From the NCBI GenBank assembly GCA_963675515.1, contig OY776328.1, forward strand, positions 960,001 to 992,000: a stretch of 32,000 bases of DNA. Direction: 5' to 3'. How positions within the stretch are numbered: the first letter of the stretch is position 1; every line of letters starts with the position of its first letter. Made by a program: the position numbers and the translations under genes. Under the pieces are notes generated by a model. It was not told the DNA's origin and ran no database searches. It saw only the letters and a list, made by a program, of their open reading frames with translations. Below are positions 24,879 to 32,000 of this stretch, piece after piece. Origin of the DNA: Coprobacillaceae bacterium (lineage in GTDB: Bacteria; Bacillota_I; Bacilli_A; Erysipelotrichales; Coprobacillaceae).

Positions 24879-25733
24879 ATGAAACAAGAGTATGTTAAGT
24901 TAAATGACGGAAATATCATTCCGCAGTTTGGACTTGGAGTTTACATGATCAATGGTGATGAAAACACCAAAACAGCCTGTCTCGAGGCTTTCAAGGCAGG
25001 ATACCGTCACATCGACACCGCCCACGCATATCAAAATGAGCGTGGGGTTGGGCAGGCGCTTAAAGAAAGCGGGATCGACCGTAAAGAAATTTGGGTAACG
25101 TCAAAATTGTGGCCAAGCGAGTATGGCGAAGTTGCCAGTGAAGAAGCAATCGACAAGATGCTTGCCCGTTTGGATACTGACTATATCGATCTTTTGTTGC
25201 TTCATCAACAATTCGGTGATTATATCGGTGCATGGAAGGCGATGGAAAAGGCGGTTGCCAAAGGTAAGGTGCGGTCAATCGGCCTGTCAAATTTCGAGTC
25301 GCACCGGCTTGAGGAAATCCTGGAATTCGCTACGATCAAACCAGCGGTTTTGCAAGTAGAGTGCCATCCATACTTCCAACAAGCAAGACTCAAGGAAAGG
25401 ATTTACAAATACGGGACTGTTCTGGAATCATGGTATCCTTTGGGGCACGCCAATGAAGAATTGCTCAATGAAGAAGTTTTTTTGGACTTATCCCAAAAGT
25501 ATAATAAATCCACTGCGCAAATCATCTTGAGATGGCATGTTCAAACTGGCAATATTATCTTCCCGAAATCGACAAACCCGAAACATATCAAGGAAAACAT
25601 CGACATTTTTGACTTCTTTTTGAGTGACGAAGAAATGGATCAGATAAATAATCTTGATAGAAATGTCCGTTTTTTCAACATGACATTAGAAGAACAAGAA
25701 AAGAATCTAGGCGGCTTCAAGCCAGCCGACTAA
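24879..25733 (+). CDS. Aldo/keto reductase (2,5-diketo-D-gluconate reductase / glyoxal reductase-like, about 280 aa class)
   Basis: LNDGNIIPQFGLGVY, GYRHIDTAHAYQNE, DYIDLLLLHQ, IGLSNF, LQVECHPY, IIFPKSTNPKHIKENI. The ATG at 24879 is preferred over the track's TTG at 24873. Confidence 0.9.
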   Translation: MKQEYVKLNDGNIIPQFGLGVYMINGDENTKTACLEAFKAGYRHIDTAHAYQNERGVGQALKESGIDRKEIWVTSKLWPSEYGEVASEEAIDKMLARLDTDYIDLLLLHQQFGDYIGAWKAMEKAVAKGKVRSIGLSNFESHRLEEILEFATIKPAVLQVECHPYFQQARLKERIYKYGTVLESWYPLGHANEELLNEEVFLDLSQKYNKSTAQIILRWHVQTGNIIFPKSTNPKHIKENIDIFDFFLSDEEMDQINNLDRNVRFFNMTLEEQEKNLGGFKPAD

Positions 25734-25749
25734 TTATGATAATTGCAAG

Positions 25750-25781
25750 AATCACTCCAAAAGCGACTGGGGTGATTTTTT
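25750..25781 (+). terminator. Rho-independent terminator after the AKR pair
   Basis: Stem AATCACTCC (25750-25758) / GGGGTGATT (25769-25777) with one G-U pair, T-run to 25781. Confidence 0.65.
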
Positions 25782-25801
25782 CTTGGATGTGTTTGGCATA
25801 T

Positions 25802-25831
25802 AAAAAAAACGATAACCTTGAAGTTATCGTT
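25802..25831 (-). terminator. Rho-independent terminator after tetR
   Basis: Perfect 9-bp stem AACGATAAC (25808-25816) / GTTATCGTT (25823-25831). The minus strand reads stem then T8 (A-run 25802-25809 on plus). Confidence 0.8.
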
Positions 25832-25854
25832 CATATCAATTCGTGAATGATGAT

Positions 25855-26493
25855 TCATTTCAATAATGCGGCCAGCAAAGTTACTCCCTTGAGGCATTGC
25901 TTATTAAAATCTGTTTTCTGATAAGAATAACCGGCCAGCTTCATGGCTTCAATCTGCTTTGGCGTATGGTTCGTTGTCGGGTACAGTCCATGGATGTAGG
26001 CGAAGAAATGTCCCTTGAACTCGGATTTGTTTTCAGTGCTCACCTTTGGGAAAAATTTATTCAGGCCATAATCGATCGTGTCAAATACCTGGGTGATCTT
26101 CTGCTTGAACTCAACCAGTTTTTCCATGCGGCTGTTGTTTTCAATCGAGTTCAGGTGGACCGAAAGAAGTTCAAGCATTTTTGGGTATCTGGAAACTGAG
26201 TCGCTCAATAATCGACAAAAAGTATCGACATCTATTGCATCGGCTTTATCAAATTCCTGATCGAGATCGTCTGCCCAACTAAGGTACTCCTCTAGGAGAA
26301 CATCCAAAAATATCTCTTCCTTTGTTTTGTAATAATTGTATATGGCCGGCCTGGTGAATGAAGTGTATTCAGAGATCACTTTGAAATTGACGGCATCATA
26401 ACCTTCCTTGTTGTAAATGGCAAGACAGGCATCCAATATTTCCTTTTGACGGGTTTCTACTTGTTCTTGGGTTCTGGCTCTTTGAAAACTCAT
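25855..26493 (-). CDS. TetR/AcrR family transcriptional regulator
   Basis: N-terminal HTH RQKEILDACLAIYNKEGYDAVNFKVISEYTSFTRPAIYNYYKTKEEIF. 212 aa. Divergent from an efflux pump. Confidence 0.9.
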   Translation of the reverse strand: MSFQRARTQEQVETRQKEILDACLAIYNKEGYDAVNFKVISEYTSFTRPAIYNYYKTKEEIFLDVLLEEYLSWADDLDQEFDKADAIDVDTFCRLLSDSVSRYPKMLELLSVHLNSIENNSRMEKLVEFKQKITQVFDTIDYGLNKFFPKVSTENKSEFKGHFFAYIHGLYPTTNHTPKQIEAMKLAGYSYQKTDFNKQCLKGVTLLAALLK

Positions 26494-26519
26494 AAGGTAC
26501 CTCCATGTATTTCAAAGTC

Positions 26520-26548
26520 ATTATAGCACTTGAATAACATAAATGCAA
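26520..26548 (-). promoter_or_regulatory. Candidate tetR promoter
   Basis: Minus strand TTGCAT (26543-26548), 17 nt, TATAAT (26520-25) with an upstream TG. Confidence 0.55.
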
Positions 26549-26575
26549 TATAACAAACATTATGTAAAATATTAA

Positions 26576-26604
26576 TTGACATTGAGTAAATTATAGGTTA
26601 CTAT
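26576..26604 (+). promoter_or_regulatory. Candidate promoter of the MATE / SnoaL operon
   Basis: TTGACA (26576-26581), 17 nt, TACTAT (26599-26604). Confidence 0.6.
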
Positions 26605-26612
26605 ATATTTGC

Positions 26613-26625
26613 TGACACAGTGTAA
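26613..26625. promoter_or_regulatory. Near-palindromic 13-mer TGACACAGTGTAA, copy 2 (candidate operator at the +1 region)
   Basis: Identical to 23832-23844. It starts 9 nt after the -10 hexamer of the MATE promoter. Confidence 0.45.
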
Positions 26626-26644
26626 ATTGAGAGGAGAGGTAATA

Positions 26645-28042
26645 ATGGAAGCGAATAAAATTAGCTCCAGCGAAAATATCATGGGTGTTCTGCCAATCAA
26701 CAGATTATTGTTGAAAATGGCATTACCGGTAATATTTTCCATGTTGGTGCAATCATTATATAACGTAGTCGACAGTATTTATGTTTCGCGACTTGGGACT
26801 GATGCCCTGACTGCAATATCTTTGACTACCCCGGTGGCAAGCTTGCTTGCAAGCATTTCCGTGGGGCTTAGCGTGGGAGTGAACGCGGTATTGTCAAAAA
26901 AACTCGGGGAGAACAATGTCAAGAAGGCAAACAGAGCCGCAGGCAATGGAATCTTAATCGAGTGGGCGTGCTTTGTAGTATTTATGATTTTTGGACTATT
27001 TTTCACTCGGGGATTTTATGCAATGCAAACGAGTGATGTTGCTATCCAGCAAATGGCCACAGCCTATACTTCAATCACGTGCATATTTTCATTTGGCATC
27101 GTGAATCAGGTGATCATGGAAAGACTGTTGATTTCCACCGGGAAAACCATGGGGTCGATGTTCTCATTACTCACCGGAGCCATCACGAACACCATCTTGG
27201 ATCCGATCTTGATTTTTGGGCTTGGCCCCGTACCGGCCATGGGAATTCAGGGGGCGGCTATCGCTACAGTAATTGCCCAATTTGCAGCTGCAAGTGTTGC
27301 CTTTGGATTCAATCTGAAGGTTAATGAAGAAATCAAATTCAGTCTGAAAATGCTCAAAGCCGATTATGAGATCATCAAGGAAATATTGTTTGTGGGAGTT
27401 CCTACGGCACTGACCCAGGCGATAGGTCCACTGATGCTTTTTGGAATGAACCAAATATTGCTGAGCTTTACGACAGCGGCTCCAGCAGTTTATGTCATAT
27501 TTATCAGACTGCAGAGTATTTTCCTTATGCCGGTCTGGGGACTTAAGAATACCGTGGTATCGATAATTGCATATAATTACGGGGCGGGGTTTAAGAAAAG
27601 AATAGTGGAATCGATAAGAACTAGCGTCATATCGGTTCTGGTTGTAACGATAATCGGGACCCTTATATTCGCTTTGTTCCCGAACTTTCTTTTGAATATA
27701 TTTAGTGCGACTGGGTTGATCTATGATATCGGTATGGTTGCCCTGCGTATTGTCGGATTGGCTTTGCCATTCATGTCAATAACCTTGATTTGCGGCTCAT
27801 TTTTCCAGGCGCTCGGGCACAGCAACAAGACATTGATTATTTCAATTGTCCAGATATGCCTACTATTCTTATCGGCGTTTACTATCTCGAAAATAGGGGA
27901 TGTCTATTCCATCTGGAGTTCATTTTTGATAACCGAATTGATCGTATCGGCAATATCATTGTTTGTGATGCGATATGTCTACAGCACCACTATTGGAAAA
28001 ATATCCGAGTATGGCAACACACCGGGTGTTGTAATTGATTAA
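26645..28042 (+). CDS. MATE family efflux transporter
   Basis: 12 TM segments. N-terminus LLLKMALPVIFSMLVQSLYNVVDSIYVSRLG is the MatE signature, repeated in the second half (EILFVGVPTALTQ). The ATG at 26645 is preferred (GGAGAGG 5 nt upstream). Confidence 0.9.
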   Translation: MEANKISSSENIMGVLPINRLLLKMALPVIFSMLVQSLYNVVDSIYVSRLGTDALTAISLTTPVASLLASISVGLSVGVNAVLSKKLGENNVKKANRAAGNGILIEWACFVVFMIFGLFFTRGFYAMQTSDVAIQQMATAYTSITCIFSFGIVNQVIMERLLISTGKTMGSMFSLLTGAITNTILDPILIFGLGPVPAMGIQGAAIATVIAQFAAASVAFGFNLKVNEEIKFSLKMLKADYEIIKEILFVGVPTALTQAIGPLMLFGMNQILLSFTTAAPAVYVIFIRLQSIFLMPVWGLKNTVVSIIAYNYGAGFKKRIVESIRTSVISVLVVTIIGTLIFALFPNFLLNIFSATGLIYDIGMVALRIVGLALPFMSITLICGSFFQALGHSNKTLIISIVQICLLFLSAFTISKIGDVYSIWSSFLITELIVSAISLFVMRYVYSTTIGKISEYGNTPGVVID

Positions 28043-28068
28043 CAAAATACATTAATGTGGAGGAAATT

Positions 28069-28500
28069 ATGAATAGAATTGAAGATCGTTTGGAGTTAAA
28101 GGAATTGGTTGATGTATTTTCCAACTTGGCGGACATAAAGGACATTGCGGCCCAAGTGGAGCTGTTTGTTGAAGAGGCAAATGTCAAATCATATCGTGAC
28201 AATGAATTGGTATCCGACCTGACTGGAAAAGAAGCGCTATTCAATGCATTTACAAACTTCTTGGGCCTGTTTGATACCGTCTATCATATCAATGGCCAAC
28301 AGACATTGGAATTTGACCGCGATACTGCAAAGGGGGTGTCGTATTGTCAGGTTGTCCTGATTGGCACTTTCGAAGGTAAAAGAATTATGTCCACCCAAGG
28401 CGTCAGATATAATGATGAATATGTAAAAGCCAACAATAAGTGGTTAATCCAAAATCGTGTATCGTATTTCATGTGGAGTGATGAAAAAGAAATGTCCTAA
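28069..28500 (+). CDS. SnoaL-like / NTF2-fold protein
   Basis: About 143 aa. N-terminal IEDRLELKELVDVFSNLAD and the overall alpha+beta pattern of SnoaL_4 proteins. GGAGG sits 5 nt upstream of the ATG at 28069. Confidence 0.65.
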   Translation: MNRIEDRLELKELVDVFSNLADIKDIAAQVELFVEEANVKSYRDNELVSDLTGKEALFNAFTNFLGLFDTVYHINGQQTLEFDRDTAKGVSYCQVVLIGTFEGKRIMSTQGVRYNDEYVKANNKWLIQNRVSYFMWSDEKEMS

Positions 28501-28949
28501 ATTGAATGGGATTTTAAGAAGCAAAAGATATCTTGGATCTTATGAAATATGGTTATGATTCGCATTTTTTTCTTGAAAATCGATATTCAACATGAAGTTA
28601 AAAAGCGATTTGAACGACCACATAACTCAGGGTGAATATTTTAGTGGTAATATTTCGAAATTTGGTCCCTCAAACATTCAACAAATTTCTACATTTCAGA
28701 TCAGGTATCGGCTTTTCGAAAACTAAAAGACGCGCTTCCTATGTTTTATCATCATTCAAAAAAATCGAAATAAATATTGAAAAGGCACATCGTTGAACCG
28801 AATCAGTCAGTGGTGTGTCTTTTTGGTATGTTTCAATTTACCCTATAACCCTTGATTTGACCACATCCAGTCCGAGATTGAACGGCAACGAAGCCGTATT
28901 GCATTGTCAAACCGGAATCGAAAAATTTTTGACGGTATATAAAAATCCC

Positions 28950-28980
28950 TTGACCTTAACTGTACTTAAGGGTTTAGAAT
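28950..28980 (+). promoter_or_regulatory. MerR-type promoter 1 (19-bp spacer with dyad)
   Basis: TTGACC (28950-28955), 19 nt, TAGAAT (28975-28980). The spacer begins the dyad CCTTAA-ctgtac-TTAAGG. Confidence 0.65.
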
Positions 28981-29148
28981 TAATTTGAAAGCAACCCAAA
29001 GGTTAATCACTTGAATTTGCACGGTTTTTGCTGGAAAAATTATAGGTGTTATCATTGGAGTTATTTATCGGACCAATTATTTACTTGGCAGGTAAGAGCT
29101 TATTCATGAAGGCAAATCTTATGAAGGGGTCAGGGGAGGTATTATACT

Positions 29149-29682
29149 ATGAAAATAATCGTTTTACAGGGGAGTCCAAACAAAAAGGGCTCGACAGCGA
29201 TGCTGATTGGTGAGTTTTCAAGAGGGGCAATGGAATCTGGACATGAGGTCAAGGTGATCGATGTTGCTCATGCCAATATTCACCCTTGCACCGGTTGTGT
29301 GGCATGCGGCTACGAAGGTCCGTGCGTCCAGAAGGATGATGTTGAAGGAATCAAACAGGAAATCCTGGGGGCGGACATGCTGGTGTTTGCGACACCGCTA
29401 TATTATTATGGAATGTCGGCCCAGCTAAAAATAATGGTAGACCGTTTCTGTTCTTTCAACAGTTCTTTGAATCGGAATAACATGAAGGTCGCCTTGTTGG
29501 CAGCGGGATGGAACAGCGAGGGCTGGACATTTGATGCCCTGGAATCCCACTATAACACGCTGGTTCGTTACCTGAACTTCAGGGATAAAGGAAGAGTTCT
29601 TGGCAGGGGCTGTGGCATCGTGGCGATGACACGAAACTCGTCATATCCCAAAAAAGCATATGAATTGGGGAAAGGAATTTGA
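29149..29682 (+). CDS. Iron-sulfur flavoprotein-like / flavodoxin-family FMN reductase
   Basis: MKIIVLQGSPNKKGST (FMN_red P-loop), compact Cys motif C47-x2-C50-x2-C53-x5-C59, ADMLVFATPLYYYGMSAQLK. Confidence 0.85.
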   Translation: MKIIVLQGSPNKKGSTAMLIGEFSRGAMESGHEVKVIDVAHANIHPCTGCVACGYEGPCVQKDDVEGIKQEILGADMLVFATPLYYYGMSAQLKIMVDRFCSFNSSLNRNNMKVALLAAGWNSEGWTFDALESHYNTLVRYLNFRDKGRVLGRGCGIVAMTRNSSYPKKAYELGKGI

Positions 29683-29746
29683 GAATCTGACCAGAAATCA
29701 CTATTATGATGGCGCTATTATCGATATTTAATACGAATATATATTT

Positions 29747-29780
29747 AAAATGATCGTCTGATGGCGATCATTTTCTTTTC
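29747..29780 (+). terminator. Rho-independent terminator after the first flavoprotein gene
   Basis: AAAATGATCG (29747-29756) / CGATCATTTT (29765-29774) with an 8-nt loop and a T-rich tail. Confidence 0.6.
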
Positions 29781-30055
29781 TTATAATATCTTTATTTTAA
29801 TTTTGTTGTCCAACTGATAATAGGGTTTTTTATTCATAATAAACAGAAAATGTAATAATAAATCTTTGTAAGTTATAAAATATCTTAATTGACCATCAAA
29901 TACAGCTTATCATGGTATTTGATTATCGTTGATTTTGAAAAAATGCCAAATGTCGCGCATTTTGGATGCACTAATATTTCTTCGGTACCAACACCGAACT
30001 ACAAGATGTATCTGGTGGCTAATTAAGTAAAATATCAGAAATATGAAAATATCTA

Positions 30056-30086
30056 TTGACCTTAAGTTGAGTTAAGGTTGTAAGGT
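30056..30086 (+). promoter_or_regulatory. MerR-type promoter 2 (19-bp spacer with the same dyad)
   Basis: TTGACC (30056-30061), 19 nt, TAAGGT (30081-30086). Dyad ACCTTAA-gttgag-TTAAGGT in the same register as promoter 1. Confidence 0.65.
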
Positions 30087-30172
30087 TTGTTTATCAAATG
30101 ATTCGTTTGGGATATGAATCTCAGATGATTTATTTGTGAAAACTTAGCGAAATTAAAAGAGGAGTGTAAATC

Positions 30173-30754
30173 ATGAGACATTTGATAGTCAGCTCACATC
30201 CATATGACAAGAGTTTTAGCAACGGTATTGTTGAAACTATTGAAAAGGAAGCTTTGGAAAACGGGGCGGAAGTAAGAATCAGGAATCTTTACGAAATAGG
30301 GTTTGATCCGGTGCTGGCAGGTTCCGACCTGTTGAATCTTCAAAGCAGTAATTATGCATCAGACATCAAAGTCGAACAGGAGCATGTTGAATGGGCGGAT
30401 GTTATCACTTTTGTTTATCCGGTGTGGTGGGCAGGTATGCCGGCCATGTTGAAAGGATATGTGGATCGCGTCTTTGCGAACGGTTTTGCGTTCACGCATG
30501 GTGAGACAGGTCCAACGGGTTTGCTCAAGGGTAAAAAGGCCTTGTTGTTCAGTACGACAGGATTCCCTAGTGAAATCTATGATCAGATCGGGATGCATAA
30601 TTCAATGCAACAGACGTCAGACGAGGCAATTTTCAATTTCTGTGGTGTTGAAGTTGTCGGGCACGCATTCTTCGGTGCCATCCCAACATCAACAGCTCAG
30701 CAACGCGAGCGGTATTTGGGCGAAGTCGCCAAGATTGTCAAAGAAAATTGTTGA
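30173..30754 (+). CDS. NAD(P)H dehydrogenase (quinone), Flavodoxin_2 / NQO1-MdaB-YwrO-like
   Basis: MRHLIVSSHPYDKSFS, FVYPVWWAGMPAMLKGYVDRVF, KKALLFSTTG. RBS AGAGGAG. Confidence 0.85.
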   Translation: MRHLIVSSHPYDKSFSNGIVETIEKEALENGAEVRIRNLYEIGFDPVLAGSDLLNLQSSNYASDIKVEQEHVEWADVITFVYPVWWAGMPAMLKGYVDRVFANGFAFTHGETGPTGLLKGKKALLFSTTGFPSEIYDQIGMHNSMQQTSDEAIFNFCGVEVVGHAFFGAIPTSTAQQRERYLGEVAKIVKENC

Positions 30755-30930
30755 TAAATAAGTAATGATGTTCAATTTATTCGGCATCTCGATACATGAA
30801 ATTCGATAACTAAAGTACTAATTTTGGAAATTGATGTGATACCATTGAAATGACGAGTGGTACGCAATTTATGAGTAAAGAATGTGACTTAAGGGAGGCC
30901 CTTTGTGTTTTAGAAAGGAGAAAAACAATT

Positions 30931-31341
30931 ATGACAATAAGTGAAGCCGCCGAATTGACAGGCGTAAGTGTCGATAATCTTAGATACTATGAGCGGATTG
31001 GATTGATTCCCGAGGTTCCAAGAACCGAGTCAGGCATTCGTGACTACGATGAAATGTCCTTGAATTGGATTGATTTCGCCATGCGGTTCAAAAAAGGCGG
31101 GATGTCTCTTGAAGCCATCAGGGAATATATCCAGTTAGCCCTTCAAGGTGAGGCTACAAAGCCTGCAAGAAAGCTGATTTTGTTTGAAGCGAGACAGGAT
31201 TTGGAAAAGAAAATGGCTGACATCCAGGAAAGCCTGGATGTAATAAATTACAAATTGGACAATTATGAAGAAAAATGTGAACCATTTACTATGGACATGG
31301 TAAATGAATGGAAATCAAAGAAAGAAAACGCAAACAAGTGA
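30931..31341 (+). CDS. MerR family transcriptional regulator
   Basis: MTISEAAELTGVSVDNLRYYERIGLI is the MerR HTH, followed by a coiled-coil dimerisation helix. The ATG at 30931 is preferred (AAAGGAG 10 nt upstream) over the track start at 30850. 136 aa with a single Cys. Confidence 0.9.
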   Translation: MTISEAAELTGVSVDNLRYYERIGLIPEVPRTESGIRDYDEMSLNWIDFAMRFKKGGMSLEAIREYIQLALQGEATKPARKLILFEARQDLEKKMADIQESLDVINYKLDNYEEKCEPFTMDMVNEWKSKKENANK

Positions 31342-31357
31342 GAGAGGAATTTAAAGT

Positions 31358-31540
31358 ATGCCGGTAATCAATATCGAAGCAGGAAAACTGAACATAGATC
31401 AAAAGAGGGAACTTGTCAAAGAGATGACAGCGATAGCATCGAAAGTGATGAATGTTCCTGAACAGGCGTTCATTGTATTGTTGAAAGAAAATGAGACTGA
31501 GAACATCGGTCTTGGCGGAAAGTTGCTTTCGGACAGATAA
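31358..31540 (+). CDS. 4-oxalocrotonate tautomerase family enzyme
   Basis: 60 aa beginning MPVINIE (catalytic Pro1 after Met removal) with a beta-alpha-beta pattern. RBS GAGAGGAA. Confidence 0.8.
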   Translation: MPVINIEAGKLNIDQKRELVKEMTAIASKVMNVPEQAFIVLLKENETENIGLGGKLLSDR

Positions 31541-31574
31541 GCCAGTTTCGTTTGAGATTTGAAAGGAGTACGCA

Positions 31575-32000
31575 GTGAAAATAGTCGTAATTACAGGAAG
31601 CCCTAGAAAAAAGGGGACATCCTCAGTTCTGGTGGAACAATTCATCAAAGGGGCCAATGAGGCGGGACATGGTGTCTATCGGTTCGATTCGGCCTTTGCA
31701 AATGTCAGTCCATGTAAAGGATGCAATTATTGCAAAACAAACGAATCATGTTGCATAAAGGATGACATGGAGGAACTGACCGGTGAACTTGTCAAAGCCG
31801 ATGTCATTGTCTTCGCCATGCCGGTGTATTACTTTGGAATGCCGGCCCAGATCAAGGCGGTTGTCGATCGAATCTATGCCCCGGAAAGCAAGATGTATGG
31901 CAACAAGAAGGTTGCACTGATGGCAACGGCCTATAATCCGGATGTCAAGGTCATGGCAGCACTCGTAAAACAGTATGACATGATTGTGGATTATATGAAG
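31575..32000 (+). CDS. Second iron-sulfur flavoprotein-like FMN reductase (3' end beyond the window)
   Basis: Not in the ORF track because no stop is reached. GTG start with AAAGGAG 6 nt upstream. My own translation: VKIVVITGSPRKKGTS...SPCKGCNYCKTNESCC...ADVIVFAMPVYYFGMPAQIK. Open to nt 32000 and paralogous to 29149-29682. Confidence 0.8.
   Translation, partial: MKIVVITGSPRKKGTSSVLVEQFIKGANEAGHGVYRFDSAFANVSPCKGCNYCKTNESCCIKDDMEELTGELVKADVIVFAMPVYYFGMPAQIKAVVDRIYAPESKMYGNKKVALMATAYNPDVKVMAALVKQYDMIVDYMK

Noticed and set aside
30880-30916. TTAAGG half-site (30889-30894) and AAGGG-agg-CCCTT repeat just upstream of merR, considered as a third MerR operator
   Set aside because: Only one half-site matches, and the spacing differs from the N6 dyad. 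Any -10 placed here (TAGAAA, 30911-30916) would start transcription inside or after the merR RBS.
31289-31657. 122-aa minus-strand ORF spanning the merR end, the 4-OT gene and the ISF start
   Set aside because: It is antisense to three plus-strand genes, each with an RBS and family signatures.
1-32000. CRISPR arrays, tRNA/rRNA genes, toxin-antitoxin pairs, restriction-modification or other defence genes
   Set aside because: I saw no regularly spaced direct repeats, no cloverleaf-like or rRNA-like conserved stretches, and no ORF with nuclease, methylase, ATPase or defence signatures. Manual scanning cannot fully exclude small RNAs.

Overview
This looks like a chromosomal segment from a low-GC Gram-positive (Bacillota-like) bacterium. 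It holds about 28 protein genes. I recognised no rRNA, tRNA or CRISPR array.

Gene content, left to right:
- A 5'-truncated IS110-family transposase at the window edge.
- A minus-strand cell-envelope pair: a GT2-GtrA fusion glycosyltransferase overlapping a phosphodiester glycosidase.
- A HAD phosphatase and a divergent RpiR regulator.
- A tightly packed 10-gene plus-strand sugar cluster: GatZ/KbaZ-like protein, fructose-family PTS EIIA/EIIB/EIIC, a PRD/EII-domain regulator, short-type transaldolase, transketolase, HAD phosphatase and a Gfo/Idh/MocA oxidoreductase.
- An orphan cellobiose-type EIIB with a degenerate P-loop.
- A PadR regulator divergent from an OFA-type MFS transporter and a 2-enoate-reductase-like Fe-S flavoenzyme.
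- A stand-alone GH32 hydrolase.
- A DHA2 MFS exporter followed by a MarR regulator.
- Two aldo/keto reductases.
- A TetR regulator divergent from a MATE exporter and a SnoaL-like protein.
- A MerR-associated redox set: two iron-sulfur-flavoprotein paralogues, an NQO-type quinone reductase and a 4-oxalocrotonate tautomerase.

I see no canonical defence system and no obviously new multi-gene machine. The most interesting content is regulatory and metabolic:
- Operators readable directly from the sequence: two MerR-type 19-bp-spacer promoters sharing one dyad, a textbook PadR ATGT-N8-ACAT box on the -35 of a reductase operon, a perfect 17-bp inverted repeat on the DHA2 promoter, and an identical 13-mer shared by the AKR and MATE control regions.
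- A PTS cluster whose enzyme set (GatZ-like protein with no GatY partner and no kinase, plus Tal and Tkt) does not match a textbook pathway.

All functional calls rest on recognising motifs in the translated ORFs. No database search was run.
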